Shown one piece after another: positions 1-12,800 of a stretch of DNA of 38,977 nucleotides. The stretch covers positions 1 to 38,977 of the forward strand of contig JYFJ02003682.1 of NCBI GenBank assembly GCA_000934665.2, read 5' to 3'. The position numbers were made by a program, and so were the translations under genes. Below the pieces are notes generated by a model that ran no database searches, was not told the origin of the DNA, and saw only the letters and a program-made list of their open reading frames with translations. Each line of letters opens with the position of its first letter. The first letter of the stretch is position 1. This stretch comes from Catajapyx aquilonaris. Its lineage: Eukaryota.

Positions 1-379
1 GTAATTGCTTAATCTGCTGAAAACCCCCCTTAGACTCAAAAAAGTTCTGGTTTGGGACTTTTCTCGGGGTCAGTGATATGTAAGACATGGCTCTGGGTAA
101 TTTGAGCGCTCTCCGTGCCCGGGAAGTGGCTTAATTAGGCGTGACATACATACATTTATTAATACGTACAAATATTGAGCTTTATATATATGGGGATAAA
201 AAGTGGTGAAGTACTGGTAATTGGCTGCTGTACACCCTGTCATTGTTGTGGGTAATTATCAGAAAAATTCAGGAATTGGTAACACGCTTTTTTTATTGTT
301 TCATGTAATGTACACAACAGTCACACTTGCCAGCAGTTCCTTTGAATGGAACGTGCGACATTTTGACACATGTTCACAA

Positions 380-1653
380 TTAATAGCCGGCGTATGACTT
401 GACTTCAGACTTGGCTTCAGCATGGTAGCTGTGCTCGTAGCCGGACTTCGTCTCTTCGGCTGCTGCAGTCTTCATCTTGAGCTCCTCAGCGGCACGGATC
501 TTGGCCAGACCCTCCAGAATGGCCTCAGGGGTTGGAGGTGGTGTTGGGAGGTGGTCACCCACTGGGTGGAATCCGGTCTCATCGGCAACGTAGGTCAGGG
601 AGTAGGTCAGACCCTCAGGACTGATCCATGACACAGACCCCTTCTTCACCAGGGACATCTCCTCGCCCAGAGGCTTCATCACTCCTTCCTCTTCCTTCTT
701 GATGCCATCGGCGCTCTCGAACCTAAGATGGTCATAATTAGATTGGAAGATGCAAAGTGAGCTTATGTGAACTTACCTGTATCCATAGTTGCCATATCCA
801 TCGTCGTGGCTGGCTGCCCTGAAGGCCACGGGGGCAACAGTGCTGAGTACTTCGGCCACGTTGACCTTCACGTCAACGGGGGCGTATGCTGGCACGGAGT
901 AGGTTTCGACGTGCTTGGACACTGGGGCGGCGTAGGTGTCAATGGCCACCTTAGTTGCTTCGTAGGCGACAGGTGCGACCATCTTGGGTGCTTCATAAGC
1001 GGCCATCTTGGGTGCTTCGTAGGAGACAGGGGCGACCATCTTGGGTGCTTCATAAGCGGCCATCTTGGGTGCTTCGTAGGAGACAGGGGCGACCATCTTG
1101 GGTGCTTCATAAGCGGCCATCTTGGGTGCTTCGTAGGAGACAGGGGCGACCATCTTGGGGGCTTCGTATGTCACCTTGGGTGCCACTGGAGCAGTGTACT
1201 CCCAGTGAGTCTTGGGGATTTCCTGGACAATCTTTGGTGCCTCATATGCGACCTTTGGTGCCTCATATGCTACCTTTGGGGCTTCATATGCGACCTTTGG
1301 TGCCTCATATGCTACCTTTGGGGCTTCATATGCGACCTTTGGTGCCTCATATGCTACCTTTGGGGCTTCATATGCGACCTTTGGGGCTTCATATGCGACC
1401 TTTGGGGCTTCATATGCGACCTTTGGTGCCTCATATGTGGTAGGTGCGACTTTGTAAGACTCGAATGAGGTGGTGACTGCTGGGGCAGCGTAGGAGTAGG
1501 TCTTCACTTCAGGCACACCATAGGAAGTGGCCGTGGCAATGGCCACCAGAGATGCAAGGAGGATCTGTAATGAGAAGAGCAATATTATTAGCTTTGATTC
1601 CACACTAAAATGGCTGAAATGAGACCTGTGAAAATTGAACTTACGAACTGCAT
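380..1653 (-). CDS. RR-1 cuticle protein (Chitin_bind_4) with long YEAPK-repeat region, 3 exons, 379 aa
   Basis: Exons 1653-1645 (MQF|gtaagt), 1564-777 and 722-380 total 1140 nt in frame with GT-AG introns. Signal peptide MQFILLASLVAIATA; R&R consensus YGYRFESADGIKKEEEG...[37 protein letters not shown]; stop TAA 382-380; AATAAA on minus at 297-292. Confidence 0.95.
943..1435 (-). repeat. Coding tandem repeats: 10 x 21-bp (YEAPKVA) and about 3.5 x 57-bp (YEAPKMVAPVSYEAPKMAA)
   Basis: Directly visible in DNA (e.g. ctttggtgcctcatatgcgac units 1232-1435) and in the translation of exon 2. Confidence 0.95.
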
Positions 1654-1716
1654 GTTGCTCAGGTGCTTTTCCCAAATGTTCTGGACTGAAACGGTTTGGT
1701 TTGTGATGCTCTTCAG

Positions 1717-1738
1717 TACTGTTGGCTTCCTATTTATA
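1717..1738 (-). promoter_or_regulatory. TATA box / core promoter of cuticle gene 1
   Basis: TATAAATA on minus at 1738-1731, about 80 bp upstream of the ATG at 1653. Confidence 0.7.
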
Positions 1739-3503
1739 AGGGCTCAGGCGGCCATTTTTGGCCCTCCAGGTGACATTTTCGGGGGTCCTTTCCTCGAAAA
1801 CAACCCTGTTTTCGACTTTCACTCTCGTTCTTCACCTTCAACTACCAAAAGGTACCGGTATACCAGTAATGCTTTTCTAAACCCCTAAACGTGATTAATG
1901 ACAATAGGTTTCGGATTTGGGACTGTAGGAAACCTGCTTAGAATAATACATCTTAATAATGAAACTATGGTCTCCATAGCATGTTTCTGATGGTTGCTTT
2001 GGTAGTCCAGTACTACATTAATTCGTTTCCCTCTTTGATACTATAAGCTTCTGTGATCTAATAGTAACCTCATTGATAAAATAAGCTATCCTCTTATAAA
2101 CTGGTTTCAATGCGGAAATAACTGTACGTATGCGACAGTAAAAATAAAGAGGTTGAAAATAAGAGCCAAATTACTTCGCTTCATGTCCTCGACTGGCATT
2201 CCATCGTGGTTCTCTTTATTATGATCCGTCGGGGGGCACTCACCTTGCAGAATAATTAAGGACGCCATGACAAAACATCTGACCCCTCTATAGGAAAAGA
2301 TTAGGCCCATCGCCGTAGCTAAGGGCAAAATCAGGGCTCTTTCAGACAAAAGTCCTCGGTTCGGACTTTTCCCTTGCCCAGGGGCCAGGGCAGATCAAAC
2401 GGAGCTTCTAGCTCAAGGGAATCGAGAAGAAAAGGGGTGGTAAATTCCGACAAAGGTACGTGCTGCAAATGCTGGGTTGTAAAAATAAGGAGTGCAATCT
2501 GTTTAATATTCATGGTCACATATGGGTACATATAACAAGTCCTCATGAGTGTTGAAACGTAGTAAAAATAATTTTGTCTTTTGCATGTATGATATGAGTT
2601 TGCAGATTTGGACCAAACAAAATATTTACCTGCTTGATAATGAATTACTTACCTCTAAAAAGTGAAGGGGAGTATTTCTTTTCTCTCGCATTACACAAGA
2701 AAGACGATGTTAAAGGGTGTGAGCGTGGGCCAAAAACACAAGTCATAAAAACGGTACAAGCATCAAGAGCCTCATGAAATCAGCAAACATCGAGCTCAAC
2801 ATGTTCACATTGTTTTTGACTGTTGCATTAAAACAGCCATGCCATTGTTCTCCTTTTCTGCACTTTATGACTCGCTTTGCAATTCAAAACCCATAACTTG
2901 CTCATTGTTATGCTTCTCTCCTAGACATTCAAAACTAATAACAATAATCGTCCTTATGCCTCTCACCCATTAAATGCACTGTTGTCTTTCCTCCCAGGCA
3001 CCCGATTTTTCAGCAATATATGCTACTGGTCAAGAACGTGCAAGTCGTGCACTTACTGGTTGCATTATGAAGGGTTTCAAAGCACCCCTTCTGCATCTAG
3101 TAAAAGGAATATAATGATAGGGGACGTGCGAGAGATAGATCAAAAACGGAGACTTCGACAACCATACGCTACTACTAGGAAAGTTAACTGGCTATAAAAT
3201 GTCCTGTTTGACACTTTTTACGATTCTGTAATTGCAAGGAAAGAGCATGAAGCACGTTAGTTTGTATCAACATTTTATTACAACATGCAAGTACAAAAAA
3301 TGACTGGAGAAACTACATAGGCGATATAAAAGCACTGGATAGTGCTGATGGCAAATATTACACATCTAGGCTCACCCTTGATCAGAACTAAGCAGGTGCC
3401 ATTTTCATCTGGTACCCTGCACATACGTCATCAAAATGGCGTGTCCAGATAGGACTATAACACACAAAATCATACACTTTGCAGTAACCATCATGAACCG
3501 TAA

Positions 3504-4152
3504 TTAGTAATTATTATTTCCGTATTGGCGATATCCTCCTTGGCCGGATCCACTCTGTTGTGGAAGGCTAGCCAAAGCTCTTTGGATTGCAGGAGGAATG
3601 GGCGGGGGTGTTGGCAGATGGTCACCAACAGGTCGGAATCCATTCTCATCCGCCACGAAACTCAGGCTGATGACCTGACCTTCTGGGGACGTATACGAGT
3701 AGCTTCCTTGCATCACCTGAGCCTCGAATTGGCTACCAGGATTCTTCAGGTACCCAGATTCTTCTCGGGTTGTACCATCCCCAGACTGATAGCTGCAGAG
3801 AATCATTGTAGTAGTGGTCCAACTAACTGCAATTGCAAACCTTACTTGAACTGGTATGAACCATCGTGATTGACCTCATTGTTGTAACTCAGGATTGGCA
3901 CGACAGGTCCAGATTGTCTGAATCCACCACCGGATCCTCCAAATCCGGATTGCCTCCCACCACCTCCGAATCCGGACGGTCTTCCTCCAAACTGTCCACC
4001 ACCACGTTGTGGACCTTGTTGTGGACCATACACATCACGAATCAAGGCTGAAGTGGACGCCACCAAAAGACACACCAACAACTACAAAAAATAAAAAATA
4101 ATTCTAGTTTGAGGAAGTCTAATGTACCAACACTCATACTCACCACTTTCAT
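3504..4152 (-). CDS. Gly-rich RR-1 cuticle protein (endocuticle structural glycoprotein-like), 3 exons, 177 aa
   Basis: Exons 4152-4144 (MKV|gtgagt), 4081-3846 and 3792-3504 total 534 nt in frame. Signal peptide [23 protein letters not shown] linker; [32 protein letters not shown]...[52 protein letters not shown] on minus at 3279-3274. Confidence 0.95.
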
Positions 4153-4235
4153 CTTTGAGTCCCCTTTTAAAAAATCGCACCTACTTGAGATCACTTGAGG
4201 AATACCACTGCGCAAATCACGCCAACCCTCACTCA

Positions 4236-4243
4236 ATATATAC
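4236..4243 (-). promoter_or_regulatory. Probable TATA box of cuticle gene 2
   Basis: TATATA on minus at 4242-4237, about 85 bp upstream of the ATG, similar geometry to gene 1. Confidence 0.5.
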
Positions 4244-6301
4244 CTGCTCCAGAATCTACGGGGCGGGATCGTTACCGGGCATGCCCCAGTTTGAGAGGCC
4301 CCACGTCTTCTTTAATCCAACCCCCACCACCACCACCACCTTAACATGAAGTACTCTCATTCAAAGCTATTACGTGAGATCGGTTATGGCCAACCAAATT
4401 CATGCATATAAGAGGAGGGGGGGAAATAAAGTGTAGGTGTATAAAGATGGAGGTAAGGAAGGGGGGGGGGAGGGGGTAATAATGGCGGAACGGCACTGTC
4501 CTTCCCTTTGTCATGCTTCCTTGCGGTGAAAGAAGAATCCTCGAGGCGCGCCATGTTCCGGCTTTAACAATGCGACCATTTTTTTTGTTGCTGATTAATC
4601 ACTGATTGGAAGTTTTTGAGCCATTTGCAAGTATTGAGTAGGAAATGACTCAAGGATGTTCTCAGAATAATCTCATATAATATTGTTTGAGTAAGGAAGA
4701 GCTTAAGCATTGTGCAATAAGCTGTTAAGATGTGTGAGAAAAATTGTGGAAAGAAGCTTAAGTGTTGGTGTAAGTTGTGCGGAAGAATGGCGCAGATTCA
4801 CAAGGCGTAGCCACTGATGTATTGCACCGTATTTAGTACCAATTTTGTATAATTAGTGTTACAGCATTCTGGGAATTTTTCTGACTCATCAAATCACATG
4901 TTGCAGATCTATACCCATTTGAAAGCTTTTCACACAAAAAATTTGCAGATTCTTCTATTTAATGTGCCAACCTTGGTGTTGCACATTTTGCACGCAAAAA
5001 CATATTTCGTAATGATTTACCATCAGTTATTCCGAGATTACTGCATCATGGACACTCATTATAAAAATATGAGTAGGTGCTAAAGTCATCAGAGGGAGAC
5101 AAGTAATATTGCCTTCATTGAGATATATGCTAATTGAGGTAAAGGATGTAGACCAAAATAGGAGGCGATGAACCAAGTCCAATGATGATGTCGCCAAAAT
5201 AAGTTGCATGGTACACCGCAGGGTTCAGGGTCTTTCGACCTCGATATCACGATTTGGGTAGAAATAGTAAAAGGATGAGATCACTTACGACACAAGGAAT
5301 GTGATCTTCAGGAAATCTGAGAAAAACATTTATAGATGATCTTAAGATGCGGTTCGATCTGGTGTCAATATTACCTTTTATGCTATAGAAGGTAACTCTA
5401 ATTTGGTGTTTGACCTTGCAACCAGTTTTTAAACCTAATTTCTGGTTCATCTTGGACAAGTACTTGGCCAGGTAGCATCCCATTTGATAATTACGCAAAA
5501 AATGCAAGGTAAGCCTCTTAATTACCTTTTTCAATTTGAATCAATCTGCTAATGCAGCGTTACAAAAGGAGGGCAGAGGTTTTTGCAGAAGAAGTCGAAC
5601 TCCTTGAGAACTAAATTGCGAATCTTGATGGAAGCATATTGGCCAATCCTATCCATCCTACCTTTTGCCTCTCTAAGAGTGGGTTCTGCTCAATGAAGCG
5701 CCCATTATGCAAGTGTCATAAAGATCAACGAGTTTCTTTCGACTTCTTCAGACTTGGGGCCTGAGTAGTGTACACTTCAAGTTGGATGGATGGGCTGTGG
5801 ATTATGACACCAAGACCACCCTATGTCTTGATTCTAAACTGGTTTCTTTTTACTAGCCAATTACCTTATCCGATTGGAACTTAATTAGCCTTTCATTTTT
5901 ACTCGGGACATGAACATAGCCTAACTAGATCCATAAAGGTGCTGGATTGTTGACTACTTTTTTTGTATAATTTGGTGGAAATATTCATTACAACTTTTAC
6001 ATTGCGGTTTTTGATCGGAAAGAACCGGTTGTAAATTAGCTAAAATGCGACGTAAATAGTTAGAAGCGCGTAAATAATATTTTTGACAAGGCTATACACA
6101 CTAGGAACTACAATATTCTATAAATTATTTTTGAGCAGCTTAACATACTTTTTCTAACTAGCAATTTGGATACTACCTGACTGTATGCATGAGATTAATT
6201 AGCACCTGCGAAATTAGGCAAACCATGACAGTGGCCGTGAAATAATTGAAGTAGTGTCTTTTCCTCCTCTCACCAAAGTTTATCAGTGTTATCCCCCTCC
6301 C

Positions 6302-6326
6302 AGGTCACCTTGACCTACATAGGTCA
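6302..6326. promoter_or_regulatory. Composite nuclear-receptor element (perfect IR3 plus ER4)
   Basis: AGGTCA-cct-TGACCT-acat-AGGTCA: three perfect half-sites in 25 bp. Function is inferred. Confidence 0.4.
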
Positions 6327-6762
6327 GTCAGGACCTCTGGTTCACCCCTAGCTAGCCCCACCTGACGATGCTTTTAAGAAGGTGGTGGGGGGGGGGGGGA
6401 TTTAAAAAGCAAAAGGAGGAGTCCAAATTTGTGCCCTCTTTTCAACCCTTGGTGCACTTTCACTTTCTCAAGACTGCTTTTGCTTTGCTTGTTATGATTG
6501 CAGGGACAGACCTCAGTAAGAATAGGATCCCTGATCTTTCACTTTTCGGGGGTACACCTGGGCCTATGTCTTCATTACCTGTGGGCCCCACCATGACACT
6601 TTCCCTTCTCGCGGGGTTGACCCTCTTAGGACTGACCTTGCCTCTGAAGATTTCGGGGGTTGAATGTGTACCTGGTTGTAACGGGGTTTGTCACATAATG
6701 AGAAGAAAGTTGACAAATTGATTTCCACAATATTTGGTCACGTAATTTGAGTTTATTAATTT

Positions 6763-6851
6763 TTGGGGATTATGACCGTTGGGATTTTGGCCGTTGGGAT
6801 TATGGCCGTTGGGATTTGGCCGTTGGGATTCGGGCCGTTGGGATTATGGTC
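6763..6851. repeat. 15-bp minisatellite (ttgggattatggccg) x about 6, probably a TE-internal repeat
   Basis: Six slightly variant head-to-tail units. Confidence 0.9.
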
Positions 6852-9800
6852 AGCATTGCGTTGCATCATGTTAGGATTAAACAAATGCTCCATATGAATA
6901 GCGTGTAATCACATGCAGCGACTAATCGTGCGCAATAAAACAAGAGATGCAGTTGCAATTTAATGAAGAAATCTGCGTTCTCATGAACTTTGACCTTCTT
7001 CACAGGGACTCGTGAATCGCTATAGGGTCCATCATAGTTACCTAACATGGACCCCGAAGTAACCGCGTAATTCCAACTTGTAATTGATGATTTTTTGGTG
7101 TCAGGATTCTCTCCAGGAGGCCAAATCTGAAGTTACCACGATCCGACTGATGAGGAAGGCATGTGGTCTCAGGGTGAATAGTCTCCACTGGAAGCCATGT
7201 GTCATGCACGATATGTGTGTCAATCAAACGTACGGTAGCTGAATGTTAAGCAACCCCCAAATTGCGTGAAGAGTTTTGTAATACCGATGTTATTATGCTC
7301 CTAAGGAATTTTTTGGGATGATTGCACCATTATATGCAACGTTTGACACACGACTTTTTTGCACAAAATATGGGACAATTTAGATGGCTTGTGCCGACCA
7401 AACCAGTTTTATTGCGTGACTCTATTCAGATTCAAATGAAGATCCTGTCAGGGGTAATGCGAAAAGGAAGAAGATTCTGGCATGAAACGTGCTTTCGAAT
7501 CCAAATTATAGGGTGACCAAAAAAAACTAGAATTCATTTCATAGTCGTAAAAACGTATGTTTAGAGTTCGCATTTTTGTAGTAGACTTATGTGTTTACAG
7601 ACAGATTTATTTAACCGTTACTCAAGGACTGTGTACTGTGCAAATATTATTGATGTACATTTTATCCTTGAGTGCTGTACAGTACGCCCTATATGTAATG
7701 CGAATTTTTGTCATGTTACATTATACTGTACATAATTAAGTGCTGTAATTTGACGTTTTAATTACAGATCTGAATACAGATAAATTATACAGAAATCTCA
7801 CTGTGGAACCTACAGGAAGCAGACCATAAAACATGTGCAGCCAAGCATCATTTTTCGGAAATAACATGAAATTTGTGTCCCTATTTGGCACAGACGTAAC
7901 TCTGTCGTTACAGTCCATCACAACAAATTCCACTCCAAGAAGTCTCACTTTATGACTCACGATTTATCTACCAGATAATTCACCCAAGGAGCACCATAAC
8001 GTCAACAATTAAACCCCTACATATAAGGAAGCCAAACCAGTACCTAAAAAGGCAAAGCAAACTACCCATCAAGAATAAAATGAAGTAAAAAAAAGTGTGA
8101 GAATATGCATGCAATGTCTGATCAAAAGAGGTGGAAATGAGAGTGAAAGTGGTTGGACAAGAAGTTGAAGAGGATGGGGGTTGCCGAAGGTGATCCTTAC
8201 TATAGGATGGTTCAGTAAATCGTTATTGGACACGACTGTTAAAATGCGGGTGATCTGGGGCACGTTCAGTTGAAGGTGAAACTATGTGAATCAGGGTGAC
8301 ATGCTACTCATTGTCTCCGAATTGCCCGCACGTGACCCAAGGGTTGGTTCCTCCCTTTTGTCCCAAGATTTGACCCAGGAGCTGACCTTGGACCCTACAT
8401 CCTGATTTGAGAAATTGTCCATTAATTTTATTATGCCTCTTTTCTTAACAAAAATTTGCTGAGGGTTGGCTCTGTGCATATTACGACATGACAACATGAA
8501 ATTCCGCCTTTTTGTCCAGTCCGGAATCAGGAAATGCGCCTGGAGACAATGCTGATTGTCTCCTGACACGGCCACACTACAACACAAATGCAGTTTTGGA
8601 AAGCCTAAGGCCAAGGCGCATTTACCTGTCCGTCTCTTCAAAAAAAAGAATGCCCAATAGTGACCTCTAGGAGAGTCCTTGCCCACATCCATCTGTTGGT
8701 GGTATAATACCCCCGAATAGCGGTGCCCTGTCTGAGCTCCTTCCCTTTGAAGAAGGGTGGCCATCAGGGTCTCTTCCAATCATATATTATCTAGTGGACC
8801 AGGTCGAATGGGCCTGGGGTTCAAGTCAACAAGTGGCTGGATATCGGGTTGGCCCGCCCTAGGCTCAAGAAGGCCCTGAGATCCTTTCTGGGCATGGAGC
8901 GAAAGGGGCGATCCTCAACTTACCAAGAATGTGGGTCATCCCCTTTTACTTTCCTTCCCAGGATTTTCAAACTAACCATGGGTATAAGTCTCAACTCGGT
9001 TTTTGTACATAAATGTAACCAAATGGTTGCAAATAAACAAGGGTGACAAAAAGTCGCGGACACCACATGGATACAGTGCCGAGTGCGACAATCTTTTTTG
9101 TTGTCATAGTAGCTACATATTGGGTAACGGAATCGGCAGCACTTTTTCCTGTTTTGTTGCAATGCTTATCATTCGTTACATTTTAACATACGCCTACCAT
9201 TCTTTAAGAATATTGTGTTGCATATTTTTGTTCATAGCTCATTAAGGACAAAGATCGTGCGTTTGAACTTGAAACACCCATTGCAGTCACAGGTGAAGAA
9301 TGCAGATTCCCGCCCAGTGTTGAAATCAACGCTCCAGTGAGTTTCCTCCACACTCCCATTGTCTTGGTTCAGGCAGCCCTTAGAGGACAACCCTGAACCT
9401 CCACAGTCGATTGTTCCAACTCAAGTCTCTGTGATATACAACTGTGCAATATGTAAGCAAGCGTGTTAGGTCACATCCTTTTTAAAAAAAACAGTGAAAA
9501 TAAAAGCTGGCAATAAGGAAATCATATTTTGACAAAAGCTTTAAAAAATATTTCGAGTGACCAAATCTGGGTCAAATCAAGGCCAATCATAGATGAATCA
9601 CCATGGTAGAAAACGTGCATTGACGTATGATTGCATATGATTGCCTCCCAATATCCATGCCGCACTGGGTTATTGCAGGAGCAATCTACATGACCTGTGA
9701 CCTATGTACGGGAGCAAAGGTACACATACTTGCACACTACGGAGAAAGAAAGCGAGGACACTAGGGTGTGGATTGTGATTGAATAATAAAAAAAATGAAA

Positions 9801-12800
9801 GGTGAAGTACATCACTTGCATCATCGTTATCGTTCCTATCGTATGAATAGTATGGGAATTCAATCGTCGTGAGTCAGTAATGATTCACGTTTTTAATCAG
9901 TGTCCTTCTGCAATTGGGAACTAATTACATAATATGTTTTGCCTGAAGATCGTAAATCTCAGTTTACGTGCAGCATTATTTTTTTTTAAAGTTCAGTATA
10001 GTGAGGACCATACCATATGACGTATGAGGCAATAGCCAGGAAGATGTGCACATAAAAGGAGATCTGCCACATGGGTGAAAGGGTCTCTTCGTGTTGAAGA
10101 TTGTGGTATGAACTGCACAAAGTGGTCAGTCCGATGACCTGAATTTGATGCTCTTATTGACCTTCTTAAACAGCTTAACACCCCTTCAATAATGGATCAT
10201 AAACGGCATGTCATCTTCAGTGAATGCTATTCATCAAGGTGGGTGTTCTACGCTTATCTGAACAATGCATAAGTTGCATAAGTTAGAAGAGGTTTAAGAA
10301 CGACGTGACTATGTAAAAATTTAAATAAGGCAGGTATTAATAGTGGACATGATTAATCATCATTGTGCAATATATAGGTAAGCCTCAAGTTTAATGTTTA
10401 CATAAATTCCAGCATGTAGACAGATTGCAGACACCACACTCATTAACATCCCGACACATAAATTACGAATGTTAGTAATGGCACATGTTAATGAGCACTG
10501 ACCCTTCTCATAACTATGCCCGCGGACATCTTCAGGCCATAAATCCCAATGCGGAAAAGCAGATTCACCACCTGACTTCTGTTCTACCCTTCCCAACCAT
10601 TTATCCTTGTCATAATTAGCCCTTTAAAAAATAAGCCAATCAAACAAGGCCATCTGATGCAACTTTTTAGCACCTAAGAAAAACGTGTCGACCTAGAAAC
10701 TGGACCACATCATGCAATTTTCTTGCATATTTTCTAAGATTTTCACACCTCTCTGATTTGTTAAGGCAGGGCCAGGTGGGAAAGTATCAAGTAGCACCAC
10801 AAACCACCATCAATTGAGGTACTAATTGAGGCTCCAGCTGAGAGATCATGCTGGGAGAAAGGCGTGGTCTTTTCATCCAAAACGTACCGCAAGAAGAGGC
10901 CTGGATCAAAATCTAATGAAGTTATATCAGATGCCTTAATGTTGCACGAATTTTGGCCGGAGATATCGCGGAAATACGTGATAGTCCTTGATTGCACATC
11001 TTTTTTCGAAGGCCAACTAGCACGTCTTCCTATTGTAAAAGACAGGCAGTTATGATCAAAATCTGGTTCAAAATTTTTACCGTTGATGGAAAAACGCCCT
11101 TCGACTTGTATGGGCATATGGCCTTGATTTGTAAAGTTGGCGTACAAAATGGCTCCCCCCAAAAATCGGGCGTCACCCACGCTGCAGCGGCCATTTTATG
11201 TCACAAAAAGGTCATCTCACATGGCCAATATCTACGCATCCACCAAATTGCTATTCTAACCACACACTTATTGTGAAGCTCAGACCTTTTACTCTAGATT
11301 TATGGTACATTAGAATTAAAACTGGAATTACACGCCCAGTTAGAAACATCTTCGTTTGAGGGCCGGATTTCTGGTTAGAACAAGATACTAGCATGCAGGG
11401 TGCGTGTGATTTGTTTACACGTGAAAGTATATGGGGGGGAATGATGCTACCAGAATGTCCAGTTTGGCAAGACACTGGTAAGTAACATGAGGCGTTCCAA
11501 CTAGATCTACTGGCACTTCATTACCTGACTTCTTGGAGGTCTTTGAACAATTCGGAAAAATGCAAAGTGTCATTATTAAATGAGGAGGTTATAAAGTTGT
11601 TGGTTAATTGGAGGAATTCAGGTTGGATGACCGCTTTTTTAATCAGTTGGTCGTGTACTGAACGTGTTACACTTTTTTTCCGGTATGGCAAGGGAATTCG
11701 GAGGTCTCACGTTTTCTTGTTTGCACGGTGGCAACGTTATCGCTTCTAGTAAATTATTTTTTAATTGATTTTTCCAGGGCATTAATGGTTACGTTAATTT
11801 CCTTTTTGTAGCGATGAAAAATGCAGTAGCGCAATTGGCGTGTCTTGCATCGGTATTTATTTATTTACAATAATACATTGTTCGCTGTTGGAAAAATATT
11901 AATTTTTTTAGGAAATATTGAATTTCATTGTTGATGAAATATTTAGTTAAATTGTTGGGGAAGTATTAAATTAAATATTTATTAATTTAATTATAAATAA
12001 GTAAAAAAATAATGTGACTCTTGGTATTTAAAAATTTAGGCAATGTTCACTGTAGTGATACCTGATACGAAATTTTATTGAAATATTTATCCTTATTATT
12101 CATATATGTATCTCTTGAAGTTGCTGTATTTATTTTTATTGCCTTCATATTTAAACACGGTAATTTCAATCATTTCGCTCATTTTGTTCATAATGATGTT
12201 ATTAGTTTGGTAAGTAAGTTTGTTATCAATCCTGTTGATATGCTGCTTTAGTAGTACGGTACTGTACTTTTATTAAATACGTTCAATTACATTTGCGTTT
12301 TCTAAGTAAGGTACACATTTTTAGCGGTGTAAATTACGAGTGATATGTGAAAGTACGGTAATGCAAATTTTGCCCGTATCTCAACAGAATCAGGCTGTCA
12401 TTCGAGCGACCAATATTTCTTGCTAACGGTCAAGGCTTTAAAATACGCCTATTTCGCAACCGTAAAATACACTCATCCGCAAGGTCTGCTGAGTGACATC
12501 CTTGGCTCTAGTAGCATGGCCAAAAAATTTGAGGTCAAGACAAACTAGAAGATGTTGCAAGAAAATCAGGCTGCCAAAAAGGCACATTTCACTCTGGTTT
12601 AATAAACACTCCAGTTTTGCAATGGTCACTTCTTTTATGCTGAATCTTGTTTACCAGAAATAGAGGGTTTGGTGAATTTCCACCTGTGACCCAGAAGTAT
12701 CCCTTCCCACACAAAGAGTGCCCACCCACCCTTTTCTGCTCTGACCTTTGTGTGCCCGAAGACTTTCACATTCCCCTTTGGGGCCAGACATCCTTGGTTT

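Noticed and set aside
767..1468. Plus-strand ORFs of 233, 162 and 81 aa
   Set aside because: Antisense shadows of the repetitive cuticle exon.
1654..1675. ORF-track start at 1675 for cuticle gene 1
   Set aside because: Non-ATG start that reads through the 5'UTR and intron; the true ATG is at 1653.
4449..4476. G-quadruplex upstream of cuticle gene 2 (also poly-G at about 6387 and 26755)
   Set aside because: Simple G homopolymers recur in the window, with no evidence of function.
10761..11180. 139-aa minus-strand ORF
   Set aside because: GTG start, no recognisable domain; texture (gccattttg, gatatc motifs) suggests decayed non-coding DNA-transposon sequence, but I could not define ends.
11750..12360. 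AT-rich block as an origin or complete transposon
   Set aside because: Only one possible TIR-like end (..gaaagtacggta) and no matching partner or ORF found.
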